Assembly (NCBI GenBank): GCA_963695555.1
Contig: CAVOGR010000001.1
Span: 576,001-640,000 of the forward strand
Reading direction: 5' to 3'
Source of the DNA: an uncultured Gemmatimonadales bacterium
GTDB taxonomy: Bacteria > Gemmatimonadota > Gemmatimonadetes > Gemmatimonadales > GWC2-71-9
Length of the DNA: 64,000 nucleotides
Position 1 is the first letter of the stretch. Every line of letters begins with the position of its first letter. The notes under the pieces are model-generated. The model worked only from the letters and a program-made list of their open reading frames with translations. It had not been told where the DNA came from and ran no database searches. This document shows, piece after piece, positions 1 to 9,257 of the stretch. The position numbers and the translations under genes were made by a program.

Positions 1-1467
1 GCGCTCGACCAGGGAACCACCGGCAGTACGGCCCTGGTGATCCATCAGGACGGCCGGGTACTGGCTCGCGGCTACCGCGAGTTCACCCAGCATTTTCCGC
101 AGCCCGGCTGGGTCGAGCACGACCCCGATGAAATCTTCAGGGTTACGATCGAAGCCGCGCGCGAGGCGGTAGCCGGAGCCGGAGAAATGCCGGTGGGCAT
201 CGGCATCACCAACCAGCGCGAAACCGTGGTGGTATGGGATCGGGCCACACTCGAGCCGCTGGCCCGAGCCATCGTGTGGCAGGATCGCCGGACCGCCGAG
301 CTCTGCCACACCCTGCGCGCCACCGGCGTGGAGCCCATGGTCCGCGAGCGGACTGGTCTCCTGCTCGATCCGTATTTCTCGGCTACCAAGCTCGCGTGGT
401 TGCTGGAGCGCGATCCGGCACTCCGGGTTCGGGCCGGTCGGGGCGAGGTGGCCGCCGGCACCATCGATAGCTGGCTCATCGCCCGGCTCACCGGGGGCGC
501 GCGCCATGCCACCGATCACACCAACGCCTCCCGCACGCTCCTCTACAATGTGCAGACCCATGCGTGGGATCCGGAACTGCTCGCGCTGTTCGGCATCCCC
601 CACGACATGTTGCCCGATGTCGTGCCATCGAGCGGTGTCGTCGGAGAGTGTGGGCCGGACACGTTCGGAGCCGCGCTTCCCATCGCCGGGGTCGCGGGCG
701 ATCAGCAGGCCGCGCTGTTTGGGCAGGGATGCGTAACGCCGGGCCTGGCGAAGAACACCTACGGGACCGGTGCCTTCCTCCTCGTGAACACCGGACAGGA
801 CCGCCCGGTCTCTTCGCACGGGCTGCTTACCACCATCGCCTGTGATGCGGCCGGCCGGCCCGCGTACGCGCTGGAGGGAAGCGTGTTCATTGCGGGCGCG
901 GCCCTTCAGTGGCTGCGGGACGGCCTGGGTCTGCTTGCCGATGCCGGCGAGTCGGAGCATCTGGCGAGGAGCGTTGCGGATACCGGCGGGGTGCACTTCG
1001 TCCCGGCCTTCGTCGGCCTGGGGTCGCCTCACTGGGAGCCGGCCGCCCGCGGCACCATTACCGGGCTCACCCGCGGAACCACCACGGCCCACCTGGTGCG
1101 CGCGGCACTCGAAGCCATGGCGTTCAGCAGCCGGGATCTGCTCCAGGCCATGACCGGCGATGCCCACGTCACCATCCCCGCGCTTCGCGTGGACGGTGGC
1201 GCGGTCGCCAATTCCTGGCTCATGCAGTTCCAGGCGGACGTGCTTGGGGTTCCGGTCGAGCGGCCGGACATGATCGAAACGACGGCGGCCGGGGCGGCCG
1301 CTCTGGCCGGGCTGGCGCTCGGCGTGTGGCCCGGTATCGATGCGTTCCTCGAGGGACGTCACTTCACCCGCTTCGAGCCATCGATCGATGCGGAAACCCG
1401 AAACCGCCTCTCCTCCGAGTGGGATCGGGCCGTCCAGGCAGCCCTCTCCTGGGCCCGGGCCGACTGA
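1..1467 (+). CDS. glpK: Glycerol kinase (5' end truncated by window edge)
   Basis: Frame 1 from base 1 reads ALDQGTTGS; motifs GITNQRET, GDQQAALFG, KNTYGTG, YALEGS, RVDGG. Confidence 0.95.
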   Translation, partial: ALDQGTTGSTALVIHQDGRVLARGYREFTQHFPQPGWVEHDPDEIFRVTIEAAREAVAGAGEMPVGIGITNQRETVVVWDRATLEPLARAIVWQDRRTAELCHTLRATGVEPMVRERTGLLLDPYFSATKLAWLLERDPALRVRAGRGEVAAGTIDSWLIARLTGGARHATDHTNASRTLLYNVQTHAWDPELLALFGIPHDMLPDVVPSSGVVGECGPDTFGAALPIAGVAGDQQAALFGQGCVTPGLAKNTYGTGAFLLVNTGQDRPVSSHGLLTTIACDAAGRPAYALEGSVFIAGAALQWLRDGLGLLADAGESEHLARSVADTGGVHFVPAFVGLGSPHWEPAARGTITGLTRGTTTAHLVRAALEAMAFSSRDLLQAMTGDAHVTIPALRVDGGAVANSWLMQFQADVLGVPVERPDMIETTAAGAAALAGLALGVWPGIDAFLEGRHFTRFEPSIDAETRNRLSSEWDRAVQAALSWARAD

Positions 1468-1491
1468 GCGCCAGGGCCTTCACCACCTCTC

Positions 1492-2946
1492 CTAGTCCAA
1501 AATCGACTGCCGGTGGCAGGCCAGGCACATCACCGGGCTCTTCGATTTCATCGTCTCGGCATCGAACCCGGGCCCGTGCGGGTTGATGCGCCGTCCGCCC
1601 AAGGCAGAGTGACACTGGAGGCAGTCACGCTGGGAATGGCAGGTGGCGCAGGTCTCCAAGCCCTGCCGTGCCGCCTGGCCGTGCCCGAAAATCCAGGTGG
1701 ACTTCCGGTTATGGAACCCGGTGTCGATCCGTCCGCTCGTGGCCAATCCTTGGCCCGTGTGACAGTCGCGGCAGAACGCCTCCGGGTTGTGACAGGTGGC
1801 GCACTCCACATCCTGACCGAAAGCCGGGGCCGAGTGCTGCAGGACGAAATTCTCCGGGTGGTACCGCCCGACCGGCTCTCCCGGGGTGCTCAGGGCTTCG
1901 GATCCCAAGTGGCAGGTGATGCACTGGTCCTGCGTGTGGCACGTGGTGCACGTGGTGGTCGCCGAGGCGGCAAGCGCCTTATGGTTTTCTGCGAACCCGG
2001 CCGTGTGGGTCGACGGGCGGCTGCCGCACGAGGACAACGCCCTGTGCCTGGTGGACGCTCGAGGCCTTTGCCCGGCCCGGAGCCAATTCCGGAATCGGAT
2101 CGGGCAGGGGAGACACGTGGCACGTGCGGCAACTCTGTTGGGTGTGACAGGTCGCGCAGGTCGCTATGTTGGCACGTGCCGACTCGCTATGGCTTGCCTG
2201 CCAGTCGCTGGCACCATGCGATGCCGGGATCGGATAGGTGACCGGGCGTTTCGACACGATCTCCGCCACCCGGGGATCGGACTCCAGCGACTGGATTGCC
2301 GGAACCGAGGCGGCGTTCACATGGCAGGTGCTGCACAGATCGCGCGAGTGGCACACGGCGCACCGCGCCGCGTTGTCGCTGGCCAACGGGCCATGCTCCA
2401 GCACGAAGTTGTCGCCATGGTCGGCCAGGCTTCGGGAACGCGAGGATCTCCTCCCCGGTGTAGTCACTGCGCCTCCCACGACGGCACGTGGCAGGTGGCG
2501 CACGGCGCATCGACCTCGTGCGTCTTTCCGGCCGCATGACACCCGAGACAGCCCCCCACCGAAACGCGCTGGATGTCCATCGCCTCACCGCCGGACTTCT
2601 GGTGGCAGGTGGCGCATTTGAAGTCCATGCCGAGGGCCGCCTTCTTCTTCGCGATGACCGTGGCATGGTCGAAGTTGAGGTTGCTCGGCGTGCGACTGCG
2701 GCCCTCCCAATCGACCCGCGGCTGGGTCTGTCCGTTGTGGCAGGCGCCGCAGAACGAGGCCGCTGGAATGGTGACCGCTCCCGCCTCCACTTTGTGGCAG
2801 CTTTCGCAGGTCGGGAAGAGATGTTGGTGCTTGAGATGCGGAAACGCGCTCTCCGCGATGGGCGCGCTGGTCCCGCTGCCTCCGCTGCTCCACGCCACCA
2901 GGCCCAGCATGACGGTGGCGGCTGCGGTTCCCAAACGGATGATCAT
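1492..2946 (-). CDS. Periplasmic multiheme cytochrome c, ~16 CxxCH (reconstructed across ~3 frameshifts)
   Basis: ATG at 2946 overlaps the porin stop (ATGA); signal peptide MIIRLGTAAATVMLGLVAWS; 5 CxxCH in ORF 2464-3012, 4 in ORF 1979-2542, 7 in ORF 1492-2037; fragments join via DYTGEEILAFPKP and RQPP/STHTAGF. Confidence 0.85.
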
Positions 2947-4436
2947 GGCCGCCTCCCTGGCTCCGAGCCGATGTAGAACGCGAGGCCGAACGATGCCCTG
3001 AGCTGGTTCCAATCGGGCAAGCCGGATTCAGGGTCCCGGCGATCGTGGCGGTAGCGGTCCACCGCGCCCCACACCGTTCCGATCGGTGAATCGTATTTGA
3101 CGTTGCCGCCCACGCTCCAGACCCGGCCCTCGCCGACGCGGAACTCTCCCAGCTGCTGAAAGGCCGAGAATCGGGCACCGAGGCTGAGTTGGTCGAGCGG
3201 GCGGACATTCACCCGCGCCTCACCCGCGCTCAAGGCAGAGCCGAAGGTAAAGTCGAGATAATAGGACCCCTGCACGTCAACCTGCCTGGTGGCGCGCCAG
3301 TTAGCCGACGCTCCCGCTTTCCAGGTGCGGTCGGTCGTGACGATGAACGGGACCTCCGCCTCGGTGTCGGCATAGTCGCGTCGCTCGCCCTCCAGACGGA
3401 TCGAGAGATCGGACCGTGGTTGAATTCCCACTGCCAAGCCGTATCCGGTGTAGGGCACCGGACTGAAGGCGGCCCAGATGGTTTGCAGGTCGAATACCGG
3501 CCGGTAGCGGAACAGCCGCCCCTCGACGTACAGCTTGGAGATGGGCGACCATCCTACTGTCGCACCCGCCTTACCCCACCATCCCGTGCCCAGGTCGTAG
3601 TCTGCGTGGCCCTCGATCGATAGGTCACGGATGGGCCGGTAGGAGGCATCGACAGCGACCCGCTCCGACGCGATGGTGGAGCGGTTGGTTTGGATCTCCT
3701 TTTGGTAGATGGCCTCGATGGACCCGTTCGGGATCGGCCGCGCCGAGGCGCGGACACCGAACAGGTAGTTCCGGCGCCGCGGCTGGAATTCCTCGAGCGA
3801 GGCGAGGGCATCCGACGTGACCGGTTCTGCCAGGCCCCGCGCCAGGCCCCAGCCGCCGTAGGCCTCGAGCTCGATGCGGGCGGGCCGGAACCGCACCTCG
3901 GCCGACGCGCCGTCGTAGCCGTAGTACCCGAGGCCGCTCATCTGGAAGTCGCGTCCCAGGCGGAAGCGGTAGCGGTCTCGCTTGAGTTCCACGTAGCCCT
4001 GGATCAGGTCGAAATGGTCGTCCGAGCGGGGCCAGAACTCTTCGTCGCCCAGGGACGCACGAAGCCGGGTGCTCAGGTAGACCCTGAGGCCCTGGACGCC
4101 GAATCCCCATACCGAAAGGTCGAGGTCCTGCACCAGCGGGGCGGTCGAGACCACCTCGTCTGAGTCGTAGAAGAAGCAGTAGGCGGCCGCGGGCGCGCAG
4201 GTCACGAGCCGCCCGTTGAACGTGCTCCGCCCGCCCACCAGGGCCGTGTTGGCGATGGGCACGCTGTCGAGCCGGTACGGCCTGAGCTCGACGTACTGCG
4301 CCCGGGTGGAGGCGCGTCCGCGCCATTCCTGTGCGCGTGCGGGTGCGGGTGAGGAGGCCAGGATGGCGCCGAGAGATGCCAGGGCAACCAGAGCGGTGGT
4401 GGTCTTGTGGGTCCGAGTGACGACGGTCATTCGCAC
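2943..4436 (-). CDS. Putative outer-membrane beta-barrel (porin of a porin-cytochrome complex)
   Basis: Signal peptide ending ARA-Q; amphipathic aromatic/Gly-rich beta-strand pattern throughout; C-terminal strand ASFGLAFYIG; lies between two MHC genes. Start is GTG 4436 or ATG 4430 after GGGAGGA. Confidence 0.75.
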   Translation of the reverse strand: MRMTVVTRTHKTTTALVALASLGAILASSPAPARAQEWRGRASTRAQYVELRPYRLDSVPIANTALVGGRSTFNGRLVTCAPAAAYCFFYDSDEVVSTAPLVQDLDLSVWGFGVQGLRVYLSTRLRASLGDEEFWPRSDDHFDLIQGYVELKRDRYRFRLGRDFQMSGLGYYGYDGASAEVRFRPARIELEAYGGWGLARGLAEPVTSDALASLEEFQPRRRNYLFGVRASARPIPNGSIEAIYQKEIQTNRSTIASERVAVDASYRPIRDLSIEGHADYDLGTGWWGKAGATVGWSPISKLYVEGRLFRYRPVFDLQTIWAAFSPVPYTGYGLAVGIQPRSDLSIRLEGERRDYADTEAEVPFIVTTDRTWKAGASANWRATRQVDVQGSYYLDFTFGSALSAGEARVNVRPLDQLSLGARFSAFQQLGEFRVGEGRVWSVGGNVKYDSPIGTVWGAVDRYRHDRRDPESGLPDWNQLRASFGLAFYIGSEPGRRP

Positions 4437-4494
4437 GGGATCCTCCCGGAGACCGGGGCGCCGAAATTGAACTCGTCTCGACTATGATGATACA

Positions 4495-4529
4495 CACGAG
4501 CGGGCGGGAGTGAATCCCGCCCGCTCGTG
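4495..4529. terminator. Perfect 15-bp stem hairpin (terminator or mRNA-stabilising structure)
   Basis: CACGAGCGGGCGGGA-gtgaa-TCCCGCCCGCTCGTG between the lipoprotein MHC stop and the porin start. Confidence 0.6.
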
Positions 4530-4594
4530 CACTGCTTCAACTAGGCGACCCTAGCGGTTCCCCCTTGACCCGTGTCGTGTCGCCCTTCCCCCAG

Positions 4595-6219
4595 TCAGCG
4601 GATCCGCCGCACACCAGGCGGCATCGGACCCGCGACGTCGACGGTGAATCGGTACGCCGGGCAACATATAGGTCGACCTCACCTCGTTGATCGAGGCGAT
4701 GAGCAGGGCCTTCAGCAGGAACGGGTTGTGCACCCCTTCACCGCTGGCCTTGTGGGTGCCGATATGCTGGCCGAACACGTCGAAGCTTTCCCAGTTGTCC
4801 CTGGTATGGGTATAGGCCAGGAACGCGTTCCAGATCGCACCCTTCGCCACGGTCATCGGCGCCGATCCCGATGGATCGAATTGGGTCGAGTCGCCTTGGG
4901 CAACTACCTGCGGCAGGAGCCCCGCGTCGGTGGCGTCCATGACGTGGTTGGCATCAGTGTCAACCCACAGCTGGTCGAGCAGGAACTCCAGCTCTCTCGC
5001 GGAGCGTGCCGAACCGGGCTGCCATCTGGGCGTTGGTGGCGCCTACGTGGCACCCGGCACCGGTGCAGGCCACATACTGGCGCTGATTGTCGGCGCAGGT
5101 TCCGGTGGTCGGCAGGCCCTGTGCGTCGAGGCAGGGAATCGCCTCGAAGGTGTGGCCCACCGAGGTGAGCAGGAAGTCGCCCGTGGCCGCATCGGTCACG
5201 TCGAAGAAGTTGACGTGGCACGTGGCGCAGAGCTTGGTGTTGGCCGTGCTGCCGTGAGTCGAGGCGATCGAGTTGGTGTCATACACGAACCCGGTCGGGA
5301 TGTACCCCACGTTCTGGCCCAGCACCAGGAGACCCTGGGCGGCATGTGGCCCGTGCGAGGACCACGGTGTGCCTCTTCGCGAGTGGCAGGTGACGCAGAG
5401 GTGCTGGGTCGAGGCGACATTGATCGGCGCGCGCAGATTGGCATCATTGGGCGAGCCGTGCGGGTCGTGGCACACGATGCACACGATGTGCTCGGGCTGC
5501 CCGTTGTTCTTCTCGATATAGTTATCGGTCTCGAGGAACTTGACCGCCATCGCCGTCTTGCCCTCGTGGCACTCCATGCACGACGGCGTGGTGCTTGTGC
5601 CCGAGCTAACGGCCCAGGCGGGCGTCAGTGCGTGGGCCGACTCTTCCCACTGCTCCACGAACGGATGGTGCGCCCCTTCGTGGCATTCGCCGCATCCGGT
5701 GGTGAGGCCGGTGCTTACCGACATCGGCGCCAACGGCTGGGTGGCGTCCGGATCCTGAACGTGGTCATAGCCCGAGCCATGGCAGCTCTCGCACTGGACG
5801 TCCTCGTAGGCCTCGTCGGCTACCAGGTTGTAGCCGGCCGGCTGATCCAGGGCGTTGCCGAGCTCGCTGATGGTGTGGCAGCCCTCGCAGAATACCTGCG
5901 CGCCACCGCTCGACTGTAGGCCGGCCCACGCGTCCGCGTGGCCGGTCCGCTCCCACCCGGCCTGCTGCCCGACGTGGCAGTTGCCGCATGCGGTCAGCTT
6001 GGCGTCCTTGTCGAAGTAGCCCAGGAAGTTGAAGGTGGCATCAGGCGGCGGGTTGAAGATTTCCCGGTCGCGGAACACGACTTCCGTGTCGGTACAGGCG
6101 GCCAACACGGTCATCGCGCCCACGAAAGCCAGCGCGAGCCATACACCACGCGTCCGGCGCGGGGCATGTGTGATACGAACGAGTCTTGCTTTCACATCCA
6201 CCTCCATTGCCATGGCCAT
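4595..6219 (-). CDS. Multiheme cytochrome c lipoprotein, 8 CxxCH + 1 CX4CH (frameshifted near 4995; exact start and end uncertain)
   Basis: Lipobox TVLAA-C; hemes CGNCH, CEGCH, CESCH, CGECH, CMECH, CIVCH, CVTCH, CATCH plus CTGAGCH; removing one base in GAGAGAG joins it to the C-terminal part ELEFLLDQLWVD...GVHNPFLLKALL (ORF 4551-4940). Confidence 0.85.
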
Positions 6220-6522
6220 TCAGGATTCCACCCGAATCGGGGGGAGACCCATTGAGGTGACCCTCATTGCACTTCGAAATCGGAGAACCGTACTCTGATA
6301 TGGGACTCAATCTGCAGCGGTCACCATGAAGAAGCCGTGAAACGCTGCGTAAAACTACGGACCTCTTCGACAGACGAAAAGGGAGATTAGAGTCCCTTAC
6401 GACAGTCTTCATGTTTTCTTCATGGTGTCGCAACGGTGCCAGCCGGATGTCCAGAAATGGCCGCGGGGCGTCCTGTACACAGGACGCCCCGCGGGTCGCT
6501 CAAATACGGTCCCGCTACAGGA

Positions 6523-6918
6523 TCAGGCGGGCTTGTGGCACACCGTACAGTCGGTATCGACGCGCCCCTTGTGATCGGCCGGCATGGCCTTCACATCGGG
6601 CACGGCCCCGGAGTGGCACATGGAGCACTTGTCGCGGCCCTCGAGAGCGTGAGGGATGGCCGTTGGGGCCTTGGTCAGCATGGCGGCGTCCGGCGCGTGG
6701 CACCACAGGCAGGTCTTGACCTCCAGGCCCTTGTGGCTTGCGGCCGGTGCGGCCGGGATGTCGGGCATGGCGCCCGAATGACACATGGAGCATTGATCCC
6801 GCCCCGCCAGGTCGTGATTCACGGCCGGCGGCTTGGCCGCCTGTGCCAAAGCGGGCACCACGCCCACGGTGAGCAAGAGGATCGCCCCGATTGGGACCAG
6901 ACGGAACAGGTTCTTCAT
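6523..6918 (-). CDS. Small periplasmic tetraheme cytochrome c (tandem diheme repeat)
   Basis: MKNLFRLVPIG...ALA-Q signal peptide; CSMCH, CLWCH, CSMCH, CTVCH; the two halves are clearly duplicated. Confidence 0.9.
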   Translation of the reverse strand: MKNLFRLVPIGAILLLTVGVVPALAQAAKPPAVNHDLAGRDQCSMCHSGAMPDIPAAPAASHKGLEVKTCLWCHAPDAAMLTKAPTAIPHALEGRDKCSMCHSGAVPDVKAMPADHKGRVDTDCTVCHKPA

Positions 6919-7009
6919 CGTGTCAGCCTCACTATCGAGAATCGGACGTCTACACGGCCACCGGAGCGAATCCGGCGCAGGCTCAAAGGTGTGAGCACGA
7001 AGTCTACTT

Positions 7010-7026
7010 TGCAAGGACCTTGCCAG
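7010..7026 (-). promoter_or_regulatory. Putative sigma-54 (-24/-12) promoter
   Basis: Minus strand CTGGCAAGGTCCTTGCA = GG-N10-GC with TTGCA, ~90 bp upstream of the tetraheme cytochrome ATG. Confidence 0.6.
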
Positions 7027-7060
7027 CCAGGCGGGCTTGTGCAATCCGCCGAGACTACCC

Positions 7061-7095
7061 ACCTACCTACCTACCTACCTACCTACCGACCGACC
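7061..7095. repeat. Tetranucleotide simple repeat (ACCT)x6 followed by ACCG units
   Basis: acctacctacctacctacctacctaccgaccgacc just after the CbcL-like gene stop. Confidence 0.9.
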
Positions 7096-7102
7096 CCCCG
7101 AC

Positions 7103-9244
7103 TCACTGCAGGACCGACCAGATCACCAGCACGATGAGGCTGATCCCGAGCGCCAACGCCATGAAGCCCAGGATGATCGACCACCCGTAGAAGACGGTCG
7201 ACGGGGGCTCGACTTCCAAACTCGCGAGCCGGCCCTCGGCCTTCAGCCGCTCGTATTCCAGCGGATGCTCCTCCTCCATGTACTGTTCGGTCGCGCTCCC
7301 GGTGAAGATGACGACGTCGATGGGAAATTTCTCCGGCCGGAGGTGCACGTTGAAGAAGTGGATAGTAAAGATGAAGCCGAGCGCCAAAAGGGCCTCGTCG
7401 CCATGCACGATGGTGGCGACGTTGAAGATCCACCCGGGGAAGAGCAGCGAGAAGAACTCGGGGAACCAGAGCAGGAGCCCCGAGCCCCCGATAATGGCAA
7501 CGCCCCAAAACACCGCCCAATAGTCGAACTTCTCCATATAGCTGAACCGATCGAATTTCGGCCGCGGACCGAGGCCCAAGAACCACCGGAACTGCTGCAC
7601 GATATCGAGGATGTCTTTCGGTTGCGGGACCATGGAGTTCGGTCCCCAGAGCAGGTCCTGCTTGTTCGTGCTCCGAAAGGCCCGGACCGTGAGGGTCGCG
7701 ATGTGGGTAAGGAAGTACCCGAACGTCAGAATGGCACAGAAGCGGTGGATGAACCCGGCGGTCTGGAAGCCCCCGATGGCCTTGACGAAGGTGCCCGCCC
7801 ACGGCGAGGACGAGAAGTGAAGTGGGATGCCGGTGATGACCAGCCCGAAGAACGACACGATGACGAACGCGTGGAGCGTGCGGTCGAGCACCGTGAACCG
7901 CTGGAGGTAGGGCCCGGGCCCCCGATGGGAGGCGCTGATGGCGCGCGTCACCCAGCGCCACGCCCAGGGCATGAGCGAGCGGCCCGATGATCGCATCCCG
8001 TCGATAGCCAGGCGCGTGAGCCAGAGCAGGGTGTGAAGCCCGAAGAAGCTGAACACCCCGACCAGGAGCGACGTCATCCCGAGCCAGGTCCAATACATCA
8101 AGGGATATCGGTTCCGCTGATGCTCGTCGGCGTGGGCGTGGTACCTGACGAAGTTCTGGTTGGCCTTCGGATGGCACCCGGAGCAGGTGGCCACCAGCTT
8201 GGTGGGGAACACCGACGATGCGGTGTCCGTGGCGGGCAGCATGTCGTGGGGTGTGTGGCAGTCGCTGCACTTGGCCGTCAGTCCGCCGCCCAACCGGGTC
8301 ACCTTGCCGTGGTAGGTCCCCAGGTAGGTCTCGAGCAATTCACCGTGGCACGACCCGCACTTGTCCGCCATGCCCAGGAACCAATCGGGCTGGTCCGCGC
8401 GTACCACCTCGTGTGAACTGTGGCACTCCACGCACACCGGAGCTTCTCGTCCCTCCGCGGTGCGGACGCCGGTCTCGTAGGCGGTGCCATGCGCCGACTG
8501 CATGTACACGTCGAGAATGCCGAGATGGCAGGCGCCGCAAGTCTCCGCGACGTTGGCGCGATTGACCGATGATTCAGCCGAGTCGGCCGGCAACACCTTG
8601 TGTGCCCGGTGGCAGTCGTTGCAGGTGGCTGAGACCAAGAGACCGGCGCGAGTGAGTGCGACCCCATGGACCGTGGTGTGGTATTGCGCCACGGCTTCGC
8701 GCGCCTGTGCTCCTTCCGGGCCCGAGAAATACGTCCCGATGATGTGCTCGTCGGCGTGACAGCTGCCGCAGAGCTCCGCCACATTCAGCGCGTGGGTCGG
8801 CGAGCGCCGGTCGTCGGCGCCGTACACGGTATGGGCGGCGTGACACGACACGCAGGTCGGGGTGTCGCCATTGGTGTCCACCGCATGGATGGACTCCGCC
8901 CAGTCGGCGCCCTGTGTTTCGTGACAGCCCGCGCACGGCACCGCCTTGGCAGGTGCCGCATGGGGAAACCCGGCGTCGAAGCCCGGATGGCAATCGGTAC
9001 AGGTCTGGCCGGCGTGCTTAGTGTCTCGGAGAATCGAGTCTGTGACGTAGAGAGTAGCCCGCTGGCCTAACTGCGGGACCTTCCCCATCAAGAACTGCCG
9101 GTCGCCATGGCACTTCTGGCAGTCGACCGACGAGGCCGGCCGGGCGCGGGCTTGGGCCCGAGGGGTCTGCGCTTCTATTCCATGGGACGTCACCACCAAG
9201 GCGCCGGCCAGGACGAGTAGCCGGGCGCCGTAGTGGCTGATCAT
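7103..9244 (-). CDS. CbcL-like fusion: 11-heme periplasmic cytochrome c + C-terminal cytochrome b (FdnI/HyaC-type) membrane domain
   Basis: Signal peptide from MISHYGARLL; 11 CxxCH; TM helices with His ligands (TLHAF, IHRF, IVHGDEALLA, IHFFNVH) and FSYMEKFDYWAVFWG. Confidence 0.85.
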   Translation of the reverse strand: MISHYGARLLVLAGALVVTSHGIEAQTPRAQARARPASSVDCQKCHGDRQFLMGKVPQLGQRATLYVTDSILRDTKHAGQTCTDCHPGFDAGFPHAAPAKAVPCAGCHETQGADWAESIHAVDTNGDTPTCVSCHAAHTVYGADDRRSPTHALNVAELCGSCHADEHIIGTYFSGPEGAQAREAVAQYHTTVHGVALTRAGLLVSATCNDCHRAHKVLPADSAESSVNRANVAETCGACHLGILDVYMQSAHGTAYETGVRTAEGREAPVCVECHSSHEVVRADQPDWFLGMADKCGSCHGELLETYLGTYHGKVTRLGGGLTAKCSDCHTPHDMLPATDTASSVFPTKLVATCSGCHPKANQNFVRYHAHADEHQRNRYPLMYWTWLGMTSLLVGVFSFFGLHTLLWLTRLAIDGMRSSGRSLMPWAWRWVTRAISASHRGPGPYLQRFTVLDRTLHAFVIVSFFGLVITGIPLHFSSSPWAGTFVKAIGGFQTAGFIHRFCAILTFGYFLTHIATLTVRAFRSTNKQDLLWGPNSMVPQPKDILDIVQQFRWFLGLGPRPKFDRFSYMEKFDYWAVFWGVAIIGGSGLLLWFPEFFSLLFPGWIFNVATIVHGDEALLALGFIFTIHFFNVHLRPEKFPIDVVIFTGSATEQYMEEEHPLEYERLKAEGRLASLEVEPPSTVFYGWSIILGFMALALGISLIVLVIWSVLQ

Positions 9245-9257
9245 GCTGTGGAGCTGC

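Noticed and set aside
2464..2466. TGA in the 16-heme cytochrome as selenocysteine or programmed recoding
   Set aside because: The continuation is in a different frame, the position is not a Cys site, and several other indels lie nearby
6427..6442. TGGCACCGTTGC (minus strand) as a sigma-54 promoter
   Set aside because: GG-to-GC spacing is 7 rather than the required 10 nt
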